Assembly (NCBI GenBank): GCA_045562675.1
Contig: JBJKVL010000008.1
Span: 131,775 to 195,774 of the forward strand
Direction: 5' to 3'
DNA: 64,000 nucleotides
Source: Dehalococcoidia bacterium
GTDB lineage: Bacteria; Chloroflexota; Dehalococcoidia; UBA2979
The notes under the pieces were generated by a model, which did not search any database, was not told where the DNA came from, and saw only the letters and a program-made list of their open reading frames with translations. Of this stretch, positions 50,347 through 59,433 are shown piece after piece. Every line of letters starts with the position of its first letter. Positions within the stretch are counted from its first letter, which is position 1. A program made the position numbers and the translations under genes.

Positions 50347-51435
50347 TTATTGAAATGCAGGAATAATTTCTTTTCCAAATTTTTTCATTGATTCTTGTAC
50401 TTTTACTTGATCCATGTCGCCCCAATCAAAACAAGCCATTAAGGAACGGATATCTTTTTTATCAAGTTCGTCAATTTTTTCTTTTACAGTTTTTACTGAA
50501 CCATAAATAACACCTCTTTGTAGGTAATCGGCAACTCCCTCATCTGGAGTAAAAACTGGGGAGCTCCATTTTTGTGAATCGTGACCCTTGGCTTTTTCCT
50601 CTTGATTGCTTTCCTCTGGGTTAAATTTTGCTCGTGTAGTTAGTAGATGTTTACGCAGCCTGTGTGTAGGCTCTTGGACATTTTCATAAGCTTCTTCATC
50701 TGTCTCAGCAACATGAATACTGCGTTGTAAAGTGGAAATGTTTAAATTATTTTGTACACTTTGCTCAGAATGACCAGCAGACTCCATTTGTTCTTTATAG
50801 AAATTTAATCTTTCTACTGCTATTTCAATTCCCATTCTTGGGAGCATAATTGGACAATTGTTAATTGCTGCCCATGCTAATGTTTCGTTAGACGAACCAG
50901 ACATTTGGATGAGAGGATGTGGTGTTTGTACTGGCTTTGGTCTTACGCCAGGTATTGAAAGATTGAAAAAATTGCCATTATAATTTAGCGGCTCGCCATT
51001 TGCTTGCCATGCTTTTTTCATATAATCAACTCCTTCAAACATGCGTTCTCTATGTTCAGTTTCATCGCCATCAACTCCGAATGCTACATATTCAAATTCG
51101 TTAAATTTTGAACCACGCCCAATTCCTACAGTTAGTCTTCCATTCAATAGATTATCCAATAAGCTTGTTTGTAAAAGAATACGAGTTGGATGATGGATAG
51201 CCATTTGCAATATAGCAAAACCTATTCGTATTTTTTTTGTTCTTTGTGCAAGCGCTGCAGCCAATGGTATGGGGTCTCCATATGCGTCTTCTCCAGTAAA
51301 GTTATGCTCAGTCAACCAAGCACATTCAAACCCAAGATTTTCTGCTAATTCAATACAGTCAAATTGCTGATTAATAACTCTGTAATCTTCTTCTGGAGAT
51401 GGACTTAATGGCAAATGAAATGTTCCAAACTGCAT
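50347..51435 (-). CDS. luciferase-like flavin-dependent monooxygenase (LLM family)
   Basis: 362 aa. MQFGTFHLP...AENLGFECAWLTEHNF...IRIGFAIL...VGIGRGS. Confidence 0.8.
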   Translation of the reverse strand: MQFGTFHLPLSPSPEEDYRVINQQFDCIELAENLGFECAWLTEHNFTGEDAYGDPIPLAAALAQRTKKIRIGFAILQMAIHHPTRILLQTSLLDNLLNGRLTVGIGRGSKFNEFEYVAFGVDGDETEHRERMFEGVDYMKKAWQANGEPLNYNGNFFNLSIPGVRPKPVQTPHPLIQMSGSSNETLAWAAINNCPIMLPRMGIEIAVERLNFYKEQMESAGHSEQSVQNNLNISTLQRSIHVAETDEEAYENVQEPTHRLRKHLLTTRAKFNPEESNQEEKAKGHDSQKWSSPVFTPDEGVADYLQRGVIYGSVKTVKEKIDELDKKDIRSLMACFDWGDMDQVKVQESMKKFGKEIIPAFQ

Positions 51436-51495
51436 TATTTTTTCCTTTCAGATGGTTCGAATGTTAACAGTTTGATAATATGTTGTCTGTTGAAT

Positions 51496-52353
51496 TTATG
51501 CAAGTAAAACTGTTCCAACAATGACTTCTTCTTTATTATCTTTTTCTACCCATACTCTCAGCAATTTTTTATCTATTATTGAATAGAAAGCATTAATTTG
51601 TTCACCAGCCCAAACAGGCCTAACAAATTTTAAGCTCATCTTGCCACCTAGAGTAAATTGATTCTCAAAATCTTTTGCAAGCAATCTTGTTAGTAACCCA
51701 AAACCAAATGCCCCTTGTGATAAAGGACCTGGATTACCTTGCTTTTTTGCTAATGCAACATTTGTATGACCATTGACCTCACCAGGTCCTTCAAAGTCAT
51801 TCATTCGATCTTGTGATAACAACAACGCTAATCCTTTCGATTCCCATGATTCGGGACGAGGCGGAATAGGGATACTGGCTTCTTTTTCAGGATGGTTATT
51901 TATTTCTTCTTCTGGAATCGTAAAAAACCAGCTTCTTCTATTAGTTTGCAACAAGTTATCTTTTTCAAAAATATTGGTTTCCCACTCTACATATCCACGA
52001 CCTTTTTTTACAGATTTATTTGTTACTTTGCCTGTTACAGTTAGTGGAATGTCTCTGGGGATAGAGTCAAAGAAGTCAACTTCTAATGTTGCTAATCCTG
52101 CTGATATATCCCTAAAGGGCGTTAATACATTTTGTCCTGAATAATATGTAATATAATCTGGAGCATGAACTAAATATAAGCGAGCATCATCATTATATAA
52201 ATTGCACCATCTATCAATATTTTCTTCAGAGATTGTCATTGTACACTGCGAAGGCAAGGCGCCAAGTTTGAAATCTTCCCAATTTATGCTCTTTGAATCA
52301 TCTAGTTTTGGTATTTTATTTACTGCTGGTATTTCTATTAAATTGCTATTCAT
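51496..52353 (-). CDS. double hotdog-fold MaoC-like dehydratase
   Basis: 285 aa. The N-terminal and C-terminal halves each look hotdog-like (C-terminal half HTNVALAKKQGNPGPLSQGAFG). Confidence 0.6.
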   Translation of the reverse strand: MNSNLIEIPAVNKIPKLDDSKSINWEDFKLGALPSQCTMTISEENIDRWCNLYNDDARLYLVHAPDYITYYSGQNVLTPFRDISAGLATLEVDFFDSIPRDIPLTVTGKVTNKSVKKGRGYVEWETNIFEKDNLLQTNRRSWFFTIPEEEINNHPEKEASIPIPPRPESWESKGLALLLSQDRMNDFEGPGEVNGHTNVALAKKQGNPGPLSQGAFGFGLLTRLLAKDFENQFTLGGKMSLKFVRPVWAGEQINAFYSIIDKKLLRVWVEKDNKEEVIVGTVLLA

Positions 52354-52469
52354 AATAATTCTCCAAAACTAATATTACATTAAACTACTAGTGATTGACA
52401 TTAATTTATTTGAATTTTCATAATTGAAGTGTTTAAATGGATTCTGTAGTATTTTAGAAAGATTAACTT

Positions 52470-53981
52470 ATGTCTGAAAAATTAATAATTGTTACACCGC
52501 CATCTACCAATGGATTCGACGCTGAATCTAGAGGACTCAATGGATTGTTTATTAGAATGTGTTATAGCAGATTATTTGCTTATCCGGCAAATAAAGATAA
52601 TGATGGCAACCTAATTGGTGACACTACTCAGATTGAAGGAGTACTTGCAGATAGCTATGAAGTTTCTGATGACAAGATGACCTATCTAATTAATCTGAAA
52701 AAAGGTGTTAAATCATATTTTGGCAATGAATTAACAGCAAAAGACGTAGTATGGGGCTGGCAGCGAGCTTTTGCATTACGCGACGTAGGAAAATGGGTTG
52801 CAATCATTGGTTCAGTTGTTAGCGCTGATTCTATAGTGGCCGTTAATGATTATCAAGTTCAATTTACTCTCCGTGCGCCTAATCTTACTTTTCTACAACA
52901 ATTAACTAGAGTGACACCAGTAATTAATGATTCTACAGAAGCAAAGAAACATGCTACAGATGATGATCCATGGGCTAGTAAGTGGCTTTTATCTAATCCG
53001 TGTGGATTTGGAGCATATTACTTAGATTCTCTTGATCCATGGAGGCAAGCAACATTTAAAGCAAATCCAAATTATTTTGATCCTGCAATAATCTCAGAAG
53101 TACAAGTATTATTTGAGTCAAGTAGTCGCAAACGGGCTACTATGCTTGCAGATGGTCAGGCTCATTTGATACCAAATCTTGAAACACATTTACGTCCATT
53201 TATTCAATCAGAATTAGATGGAGTGACAATAAGTCAAATTGCTTCAGGCAGACATGCAGTACTTGGCATGCATGTTGATCATCAACCATTCAACGACCAT
53301 TTAATTAGAAAAGCTGTTGCTTATGCAGTGCCTTATGATCGAATCATTGCAGAGGCATATCATGGTGCAGCACATCGATGGACTGGACCTATGCCAATGG
53401 GGACACCTATGTCTCTTGATGCGCAATCATGGCCCTATGATTTTAAATTGGAAGAGGCCCAGAGGCTCCTGGCACAAACTGAATATAAATCAGGATTCAA
53501 AACTGAACTGTTTGTTGATGCAGCTGACGCAGAGCATGTTGCAATGGCAGAAATTGTTGCAGATGCTCTAAGTGAAATAAACATTCATATTGATATAGAA
53601 AAGATGGAATCCGGTATATTTTGGGCTGGAGCCAGGTATTTTAGACCTTTCCCAATGCTAATATATGAAGATTTGCATCAAGTCCCTGATCCGTATTACA
53701 CGCTTGTACATGATTATACAACTGGAGGAATGGGCTTGATTAATGTGGGTCAATATCATAACAATGAACTTATTGAAATTGTTAAATCAATTGAGTCCGC
53801 AGGTGAAATTGATGTACGCCATGATTTGGTGGATAGAGCACAAAAAATAATTATAGATGATTGCCCATATGCTAATTTAGTCGCTCCTGATTTTCTAGCT
53901 GCGCATTCTAATAAAATAACAAATTGTTATTGGGCCCCAGACAGAAGCTTGGCTGTTGAAAAAATTACTTTTTTAAGTTAG
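52470..53981 (+). CDS. ABC-type substrate-binding protein family 5 homolog lacking any signal peptide
   Basis: 503 aa. SBP_bac_5-like core (YLINLKKGVKSYFGNELTAKDVVWGWQRAF). The N-terminus MSEKLIIVTPPSTNGFD has no hydrophobic leader or lipobox, and upstream in-frame stops preclude an extension. Confidence 0.7.
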   Translation: MSEKLIIVTPPSTNGFDAESRGLNGLFIRMCYSRLFAYPANKDNDGNLIGDTTQIEGVLADSYEVSDDKMTYLINLKKGVKSYFGNELTAKDVVWGWQRAFALRDVGKWVAIIGSVVSADSIVAVNDYQVQFTLRAPNLTFLQQLTRVTPVINDSTEAKKHATDDDPWASKWLLSNPCGFGAYYLDSLDPWRQATFKANPNYFDPAIISEVQVLFESSSRKRATMLADGQAHLIPNLETHLRPFIQSELDGVTISQIASGRHAVLGMHVDHQPFNDHLIRKAVAYAVPYDRIIAEAYHGAAHRWTGPMPMGTPMSLDAQSWPYDFKLEEAQRLLAQTEYKSGFKTELFVDAADAEHVAMAEIVADALSEINIHIDIEKMESGIFWAGARYFRPFPMLIYEDLHQVPDPYYTLVHDYTTGGMGLINVGQYHNNELIEIVKSIESAGEIDVRHDLVDRAQKIIIDDCPYANLVAPDFLAAHSNKITNCYWAPDRSLAVEKITFLS

Positions 53982-53988
53982 GCACATA

Positions 53989-55173
53989 TTGTTAAATAGG
54001 TTATTTCCAAATATTTATGAAGGATGGATTATTGTCATCGCATCCGGTTTTGTGATGATGTTATCAGGAAGTACATTTTTTTACGGATTAAGTGCAATTT
54101 TTACCTCACTGTTAATAGATTTTAACTGGAGCGTAGCTTCTACATCATTAGCTTTTTCATTAAGAACTGAAGTACAAGGCTTAACGGGGCCGATTATTGG
54201 TTTAAGTATTGATAAACTTGGTCCAAAATTCACTATTATTGTAGGCATACTTATTGCTGGTTTCGCTCTTTTTGCACTTTCATTTATCAATAACCTTTTT
54301 CAATTTTATTTAGTAATGTTAATTTCCGCTCTTGGCATTGGTGCAGCTGGTGGACAAGTTGGCATGGCTGCTGTTGCAACTTGGTTTGATAAAAAACGTT
54401 CTCGGGCTCTATCAATTATGTCAGTTGGCGGTGGCATCTCAGGTGCCTTAGTATTTCTTGTAGCTTGGTTAGTTGAATCATATGGATGGCGTACCGCATT
54501 ACAAATTTTATCAATATATTATATTGTAGCTGGTTTATTTTTTGCATTTAACATTCGTTCTCGACCAAAGGATCATCATCAACCAATGGATGGTGTTGCA
54601 AAATCACTTGCTGATAGTGAAGAAAATAATATTGAAGGTCTTAGGACTAAGGACGCATTAAAAACAAAAGGTTTTTGGTCTATTGCATTTGCAACATCTT
54701 TTTGTTTATTTGCAGGAGTTCCAATTATATTGTTAACCATTCCCTTTTTAGAATCTCTTGGTTACTCTAAGACGCTTGCTAGCATAGCTATGATTGCTTT
54801 TACTATTTCAACAGTAATTGGTCGTTTAGGCTCTGGATATTTAGCAGATAAATATAGCAACAAGCTCATACTAACCATTGGCTACTTGCTTGTTAGTTTT
54901 GGAACAGGAGCTTTGTTTTTTGCGAACGATATTTATATGACTATGATTCTTTTGTTTATTTGCGGTCCTGGATTTGGAGCATCAATCCCAATTCGAGCAT
55001 CTATAATTGCAGAATATTTTGGTACAATTAACTTTGGTACAATTAACGGTTTTTGTGTATTTGTTTCGACGTTTGGTGCAGTTGTTGGACCATGGATTGT
55101 GGGTAAAATGGTTGATGTCTCAGGTGAATATAGTTATGGGTTGGTTAGTAGCTGGACTTATAGCATTTTTTAG
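53989..55173 (+). CDS. MFS transporter (oxalate/formate antiporter-like)
   Basis: 394 aa with 12 TM-like segments. Contains SIDKLGPKF and LADKYSNK loops. Confidence 0.8.
   Translation: MLNRLFPNIYEGWIIVIASGFVMMLSGSTFFYGLSAIFTSLLIDFNWSVASTSLAFSLRTEVQGLTGPIIGLSIDKLGPKFTIIVGILIAGFALFALSFINNLFQFYLVMLISALGIGAAGGQVGMAAVATWFDKKRSRALSIMSVGGGISGALVFLVAWLVESYGWRTALQILSIYYIVAGLFFAFNIRSRPKDHHQPMDGVAKSLADSEENNIEGLRTKDALKTKGFWSIAFATSFCLFAGVPIILLTIPFLESLGYSKTLASIAMIAFTISTVIGRLGSGYLADKYSNKLILTIGYLLVSFGTGALFFANDIYMTMILLFICGPGFGASIPIRASIIAEYFGTINFGTINGFCVFVSTFGAVVGPWIVGKMVDVSGEYSYGLVSSWTYSIF
55018..55047 (+). repeat. perfect 15-bp tandem duplication (TTTGGTACAATTAAC x2) inside the MFS gene
   Basis: Read directly from the sequence. 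It is in-frame and duplicates the peptide FGTIN-FGTIN. Confidence 0.9.
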
Positions 55174-55256
55174 CAGTACCTTGCTTTGATTTTTGCAGAA
55201 AAACCATCTCAAATGATAAAGTAAAGAAAATCATGCTTCAAAAAAATATGAAAATT

Positions 55257-56065
55257 AATGACATCAATATAGCATATGCAGATAGCGCGGTAGCGGCATT
55301 CCTGTTATTTTTCATCAATGGTTTATACGAATTCTAAAAAAGTTTGGTCAGATTTAGTTCCATATATAAATAAACAATATAGAATCTATTACTTTTGATG
55401 CGCGAGGCTGCGGTGAAACAGATAGACCTGATAATGGATTTACGCTTGATGGATATGTTAAAGATATTATTGCTATAGCAGATGAATTAAAATTTACTAA
55501 ATTTCATTATGTCGGACATAGTATGGGAGGGTTAATAGGAATGTGGCTAACTCATAAATATCCTGAAAGAGTTAATAAAGTTATTTTAATAGCACCTGCT
55601 CCATCTGTAGGAGTGAGAGATGGCTTGCTTTTTGAAGACATGATGAAAAGGAATAGAAGAATCAGACGCGATCAAGATATTGATTTATTAATCAAAGAAA
55701 GAATGAAAATGTCAACAGTTCCAATTACAGAAGAACAAGCTCGAGAAAGGTCCTTCGATTTCCTTGATGTCAGCGACGAGCATTTTGAACAATCTGGCAC
55801 AATGATTGCAAATGCGAACATACGTAAAGAATTACAAGCTGTAACAAATGAAATAATGTTTATAGTAGGTGCAGCAGATTTTTTACTGAAAGATAATTTA
55901 GAAGATTTTTTATCGTTACAAAATGGCTCAATACATGTTTTTAGTCGAATTGGTCACAGTATTCCTAGAGAAATTCCTGAAGAATGTGCAAATGTAATTA
56001 ATGATTTTTTAGAATATGGCGTAGTTAACTATAAAACTTTAAATCAAAGAGAGGATTCTGAATAA
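55257..56065 (+). pseudogene. alpha/beta-fold hydrolase, N-terminal region disrupted by multiple frameshifts
   Basis: Intact ORF 55523-56065 starts inside the nucleophile elbow. Its frame reads FDARGCGETDRPDNGF...HYVGHSMGGLIG upstream to a stop at 55367. Earlier segments sit in other frames: MNINIAYADSA (from 55257), GIPVIF (55295-55312), INGLY, and NSKKVWSDLVPYINKQYRIYYF. Confidence 0.65.
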
Positions 56066-56583
56066 TGCCAATATATACTTTAGGAGGTTGTACTCCTAAA
56101 ATTCATCCAGATGCATATGTTGCTCCATCTGCAGATATAATTGGTGATGTTACTATTGAAGCAAATGCTTCTATTTGGTTTGGCACGGTGTTAAGAGGTG
56201 ATGCAGGGGCAATTGTGATAGGTGAAAATTCAAATATTCAAGATTTATGTATTTTGCATGAAGCTGTTACGATTGGTAAAAACTGTGTATTAGGTCATGG
56301 GGTGCTTGCACATGGCATAACCATGAATGAAGGAGCTGCTCTTGGCAATGGCGCATTGGTTCATGAAGGAAGCACTATAGGCGCCGGTGCTATTGTAGCT
56401 GCAGGTTCTGTGGTAAATGCAAATACTGAAATACCCAAAAATACTATTTGGATGGGTATTCCAGCAAAAATGAGAGGCGAGGTTCCAGAAAGAATTTCTA
56501 ATCGATTTCAAAATACGTTAAGTGATTATTTGGAACTCAAGGTTGGATATGCAAATAGCCTCATACAAGAGAATAGAGATTAA
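56065..56583 (+). CDS. gamma-class carbonic anhydrase-like / left-handed beta-helix (YrdA/PaaY/CaiE) protein
   Basis: 172 aa. Hexapeptide repeats, with WFGTVLRGD and CILH motifs. Confidence 0.82.
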   Translation: MPIYTLGGCTPKIHPDAYVAPSADIIGDVTIEANASIWFGTVLRGDAGAIVIGENSNIQDLCILHEAVTIGKNCVLGHGVLAHGITMNEGAALGNGALVHEGSTIGAGAIVAAGSVVNANTEIPKNTIWMGIPAKMRGEVPERISNRFQNTLSDYLELKVGYANSLIQENRD

Positions 56584-56604
56584 TTTTGTGTTATAATTTT
56601 AATT

Positions 56605-57654
56605 ATGAATAAAAAACATTTTACTGTACTTGAAACAAATGCTTCTCAGGAAATAGAGATTGAATTACGCAATGATCAATTGTGGATTGATGCAAATAAA
56701 TTATCAAATAATTTAGATTGGACCTTAAAGCCAGAAGGGCTTTGTAAAGGCGAAATTTGTGTGCCTGTAAGAGAGCCAAATTTATTATCAGAGGAGAATC
56801 AAATTAACATGACACAATTTGCAAAAGAACTTAATCGTCCAATTGTAATTGAATTAGACAAGGATGTTGTTTTTTTAGGAGAATCAGCGACTGATCGCTC
56901 CGCTGCATTATATGCACATCAAGCACCAGATTTTGAATTACCAGATCTTGATGGAAATATGCATCGCTTATCAGAACATTTCGGTAAAAAACTTTGCCTC
57001 GTTGTGCATGCATCCTGGTGAGGTTGCAGACAAGATTTGCCAGTTTGGCAAGAAATATATACAGAATTATCAAAAAACAATTTTACAGTTTTTTCTGTAA
57101 TGGAAGATAAAAATATTGATGATGCTAAGCCATGGATAGAAGCTGCAAATGCAGATTTTCCATGTACTGTTGATACCAAACATATTGTTTCTGATTTATA
57201 TAATATGTTTAATGTCCCATCAATAGTGTGGATCAATGAGTCAGGTAAAATTGTTCGTCCTAATGATGTTGTGGTTATGAATGAGAGTGGTGCAAAATTA
57301 GTAAAAGTTGACCCTGAAGAATACATTGAAAAAATTCGTAATTGGGTACTTCATGATCATCCTGCTGTTTCGTCTGAGGAAGAATTTTTTAAATTAAAAA
57401 ATGAACGTTCTGCTACAGATGAAGAACAGTTAGCCCGAGCAGAATTTGCAATTGGTGAATGGCTATATATTAATGGAGAAAAGGATTTAGCAGCCAAGCA
57501 TTTTGAACAAGCAACTCAATTATCTCCTGCTGATATAATGATTCAACGAGGCACTATGTCAATGCGAGGCATGGACCCAATGAAGGATTATGGACCTATT
57601 GCTGGTGAAATTATTCAGAAAGGGCATAAGCTCTATACGCCAATTCGTGATTAA
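56605..57654 (+). CDS. thioredoxin-fold thiol:disulfide oxidoreductase (TlpA/ResA/redoxin-like) selenoprotein; in-frame TGA (Sec) at 57019-57021
   Basis: ORFs 56605-57021 and 57037-57654 are in the same frame, separated only by TGA plus 5 sense codons. The joined sequence reads ...APDFELPDLDGNMHRLSEHFGKKLCLVVHASW-U-GCRQDLPVWQEIYTELSKNNFTVFSV...VPSIVWINESGKIV. That is the TlpA/ResA pattern with TGA at the first redox Cys. 349 codons. Confidence 0.82.
57036..57052 (+). promoter_or_regulatory. candidate bacterial SECIS-like hairpin downstream of the redoxin UGA
   Basis: TTTGCCA (57036-42) pairs with TGGCAAG (57046-52). The stem includes 3 G:C pairs and one G:U pair. Apical loop is GUU, about 21 nt after the UGA. 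Folded by eye. Confidence 0.5.
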
Positions 57655-57668
57655 TATAAGGAGGAATT

Positions 57669-58478
57669 ATGGCATACGCAGATTATGAAACACTTGTTAT
57701 CGACATAAAGGATTATGTCGCAACTATTAGAATGAATCGTCCTGAAAAATTAAATGCTTTTGATCAAGTTATGGGCAAAGAACTGATTCGTGTTACTGAT
57801 GAATTAAAAAATGACAATGATGTGCGGTGTACTATTTTGACAGGAACGGGTAGAGGTTTTTGTTCAGGCGTTGATTTAGGACAAGATAGAACACCTGCTG
57901 AAGAAAATATTTTTAGTAGGGATATGCTTGATGAGCATGGTTTTAGTGGAAGGGTTGCACTAGCTTGGAACGAATTAGACAAACCTACAATTGCTGCAGT
58001 GAATGGAGTTGCAGCTGGCGGCGGACTTGGTCTAGCAATGCTTCAAGATATTCGAGTTGCATGTGATTCAGCAAGATTGATTCCAATTTTTGGTCGAAGA
58101 GGCATAGCACCGGAACTAGGCATGAGTTGGACCACTCCAAATATTATTGGGTATAGTAAAACTTTGGAATGGTTTTATACTGGTGATGAATTGTCTGGAA
58201 AACAAGCACATGAACTTGGAATTGCAAATCATGTTGTACCTGATGACCAATTGATGAACTTTTCCTTTGAGCTAGCTACCAAGATAGCTGAATGGAGCTC
58301 TCCTATAGCAACGAGACTCACAAAACGAACAGTTTATGCTAGCCTGAATGCAGATAGTTTAAGGCAACATTTAATTTATGAGGCTATGAATGTAGGGCTT
58401 GGTAGCTCAACAGAAGATACAGTTGAAGGCCGCACTTCAATAATTGAAAAACGTAAACCTAATTTTCAGGGTAGATAA
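57669..58478 (+). CDS. enoyl-CoA hydratase/isomerase (crotonase) family protein
   Basis: 269 aa. LTGTGRGFCSGVDL and AAVNGVAAGGGLGLAM motifs. Confidence 0.87.
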   Translation: MAYADYETLVIDIKDYVATIRMNRPEKLNAFDQVMGKELIRVTDELKNDNDVRCTILTGTGRGFCSGVDLGQDRTPAEENIFSRDMLDEHGFSGRVALAWNELDKPTIAAVNGVAAGGGLGLAMLQDIRVACDSARLIPIFGRRGIAPELGMSWTTPNIIGYSKTLEWFYTGDELSGKQAHELGIANHVVPDDQLMNFSFELATKIAEWSSPIATRLTKRTVYASLNADSLRQHLIYEAMNVGLGSSTEDTVEGRTSIIEKRKPNFQGR

Positions 58479-58485
58479 ACTTAAA

Positions 58486-59319
58486 TTAATCTAAATAATT
58501 ATTAATAATTTCAGCCCATTGTTCTGGATTTTTATCCAAATTTAATAGCGAGGGACTTTCTGGCCTAATTCCCTCAGCATTTGATATTCCATTTACATAA
58601 TCATCATGTTGTGCAGCTAAAAAACTACCACTGCCATGTACGATTAATGTTGGCACAGTAATTTTTTTAATTTCTTCAAAAAAATCATATTTTAACATAC
58701 AAAATGGTGCGGCACCTTCCCATCCAAAGTCACCATAAATTTCTTCAACATTTTCACGTGAATCAAGAATTAAATGGTCAATTACTTTTTCCATTACTCT
58801 ATTAAGGTCTGATTCTGGATCTGTACCACCACTTTTTTCCCAAATTTCCATTAAATGACTGCCATCATTTTTCACTGGATAGTATCTATGAGCATTAAAG
58901 AGTCGATCACGACCTCCGTCTATAGCTGCATAGTTGAATGGCTCCTGTACAATTAACTTATTGATTCTATTACTATGCAGCGCAGCAAATGCAACTGAAA
59001 CAGCAGATCCTGTATGAGTAGAAAAAATGTCTGTTTTGTCAATCCCTAATTCATCAATTAACCAAAGTACAGTTTGAGCATATTGATTTAAGTCTGTATA
59101 AGGCTTTGGAGGTCTTGCAGATTGGCCACAGCCCATCATAGTCATTGCAATCACTCTTCTATCTTTTGCAACTCTCCACATGTGACGTGAATATTGTCTA
59201 GATGATTGAGGTAATCCATGTAGTAATAACAATGGTTTACCTTTACCAAGTTCTCTATATTCTATTTGGCCATCTGGGGTTTGCATCATATGTCTTTTGG
59301 GCATTGATTTTTCATCCAT
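58486..59319 (-). CDS. alpha/beta-fold protein, paralog of 59434-60213 with an atypical nucleophile elbow
   Basis: 277 aa. LLLHGLPQSS region. At the elbow position the sequence is S-T-H-T-G-S, against G-L-S-T-G-S in the neighbouring paralog (aligned by eye). Confidence 0.6.
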   Translation of the reverse strand: MDEKSMPKRHMMQTPDGQIEYRELGKGKPLLLLHGLPQSSRQYSRHMWRVAKDRRVIAMTMMGCGQSARPPKPYTDLNQYAQTVLWLIDELGIDKTDIFSTHTGSAVSVAFAALHSNRINKLIVQEPFNYAAIDGGRDRLFNAHRYYPVKNDGSHLMEIWEKSGGTDPESDLNRVMEKVIDHLILDSRENVEEIYGDFGWEGAAPFCMLKYDFFEEIKKITVPTLIVHGSGSFLAAQHDDYVNGISNAEGIRPESPSLLNLDKNPEQWAEIINNYLD

Positions 59320-59433
59320 ATTTTTCCTCCTGTTTTAAGGTTTCACCATTCTAGCATATTTCAGAGAAAAGATAAAATTCATAATGTAAAATTAAACACA
59401 CACGATGGCTTTTAATTCTATTAAAATGATTAC

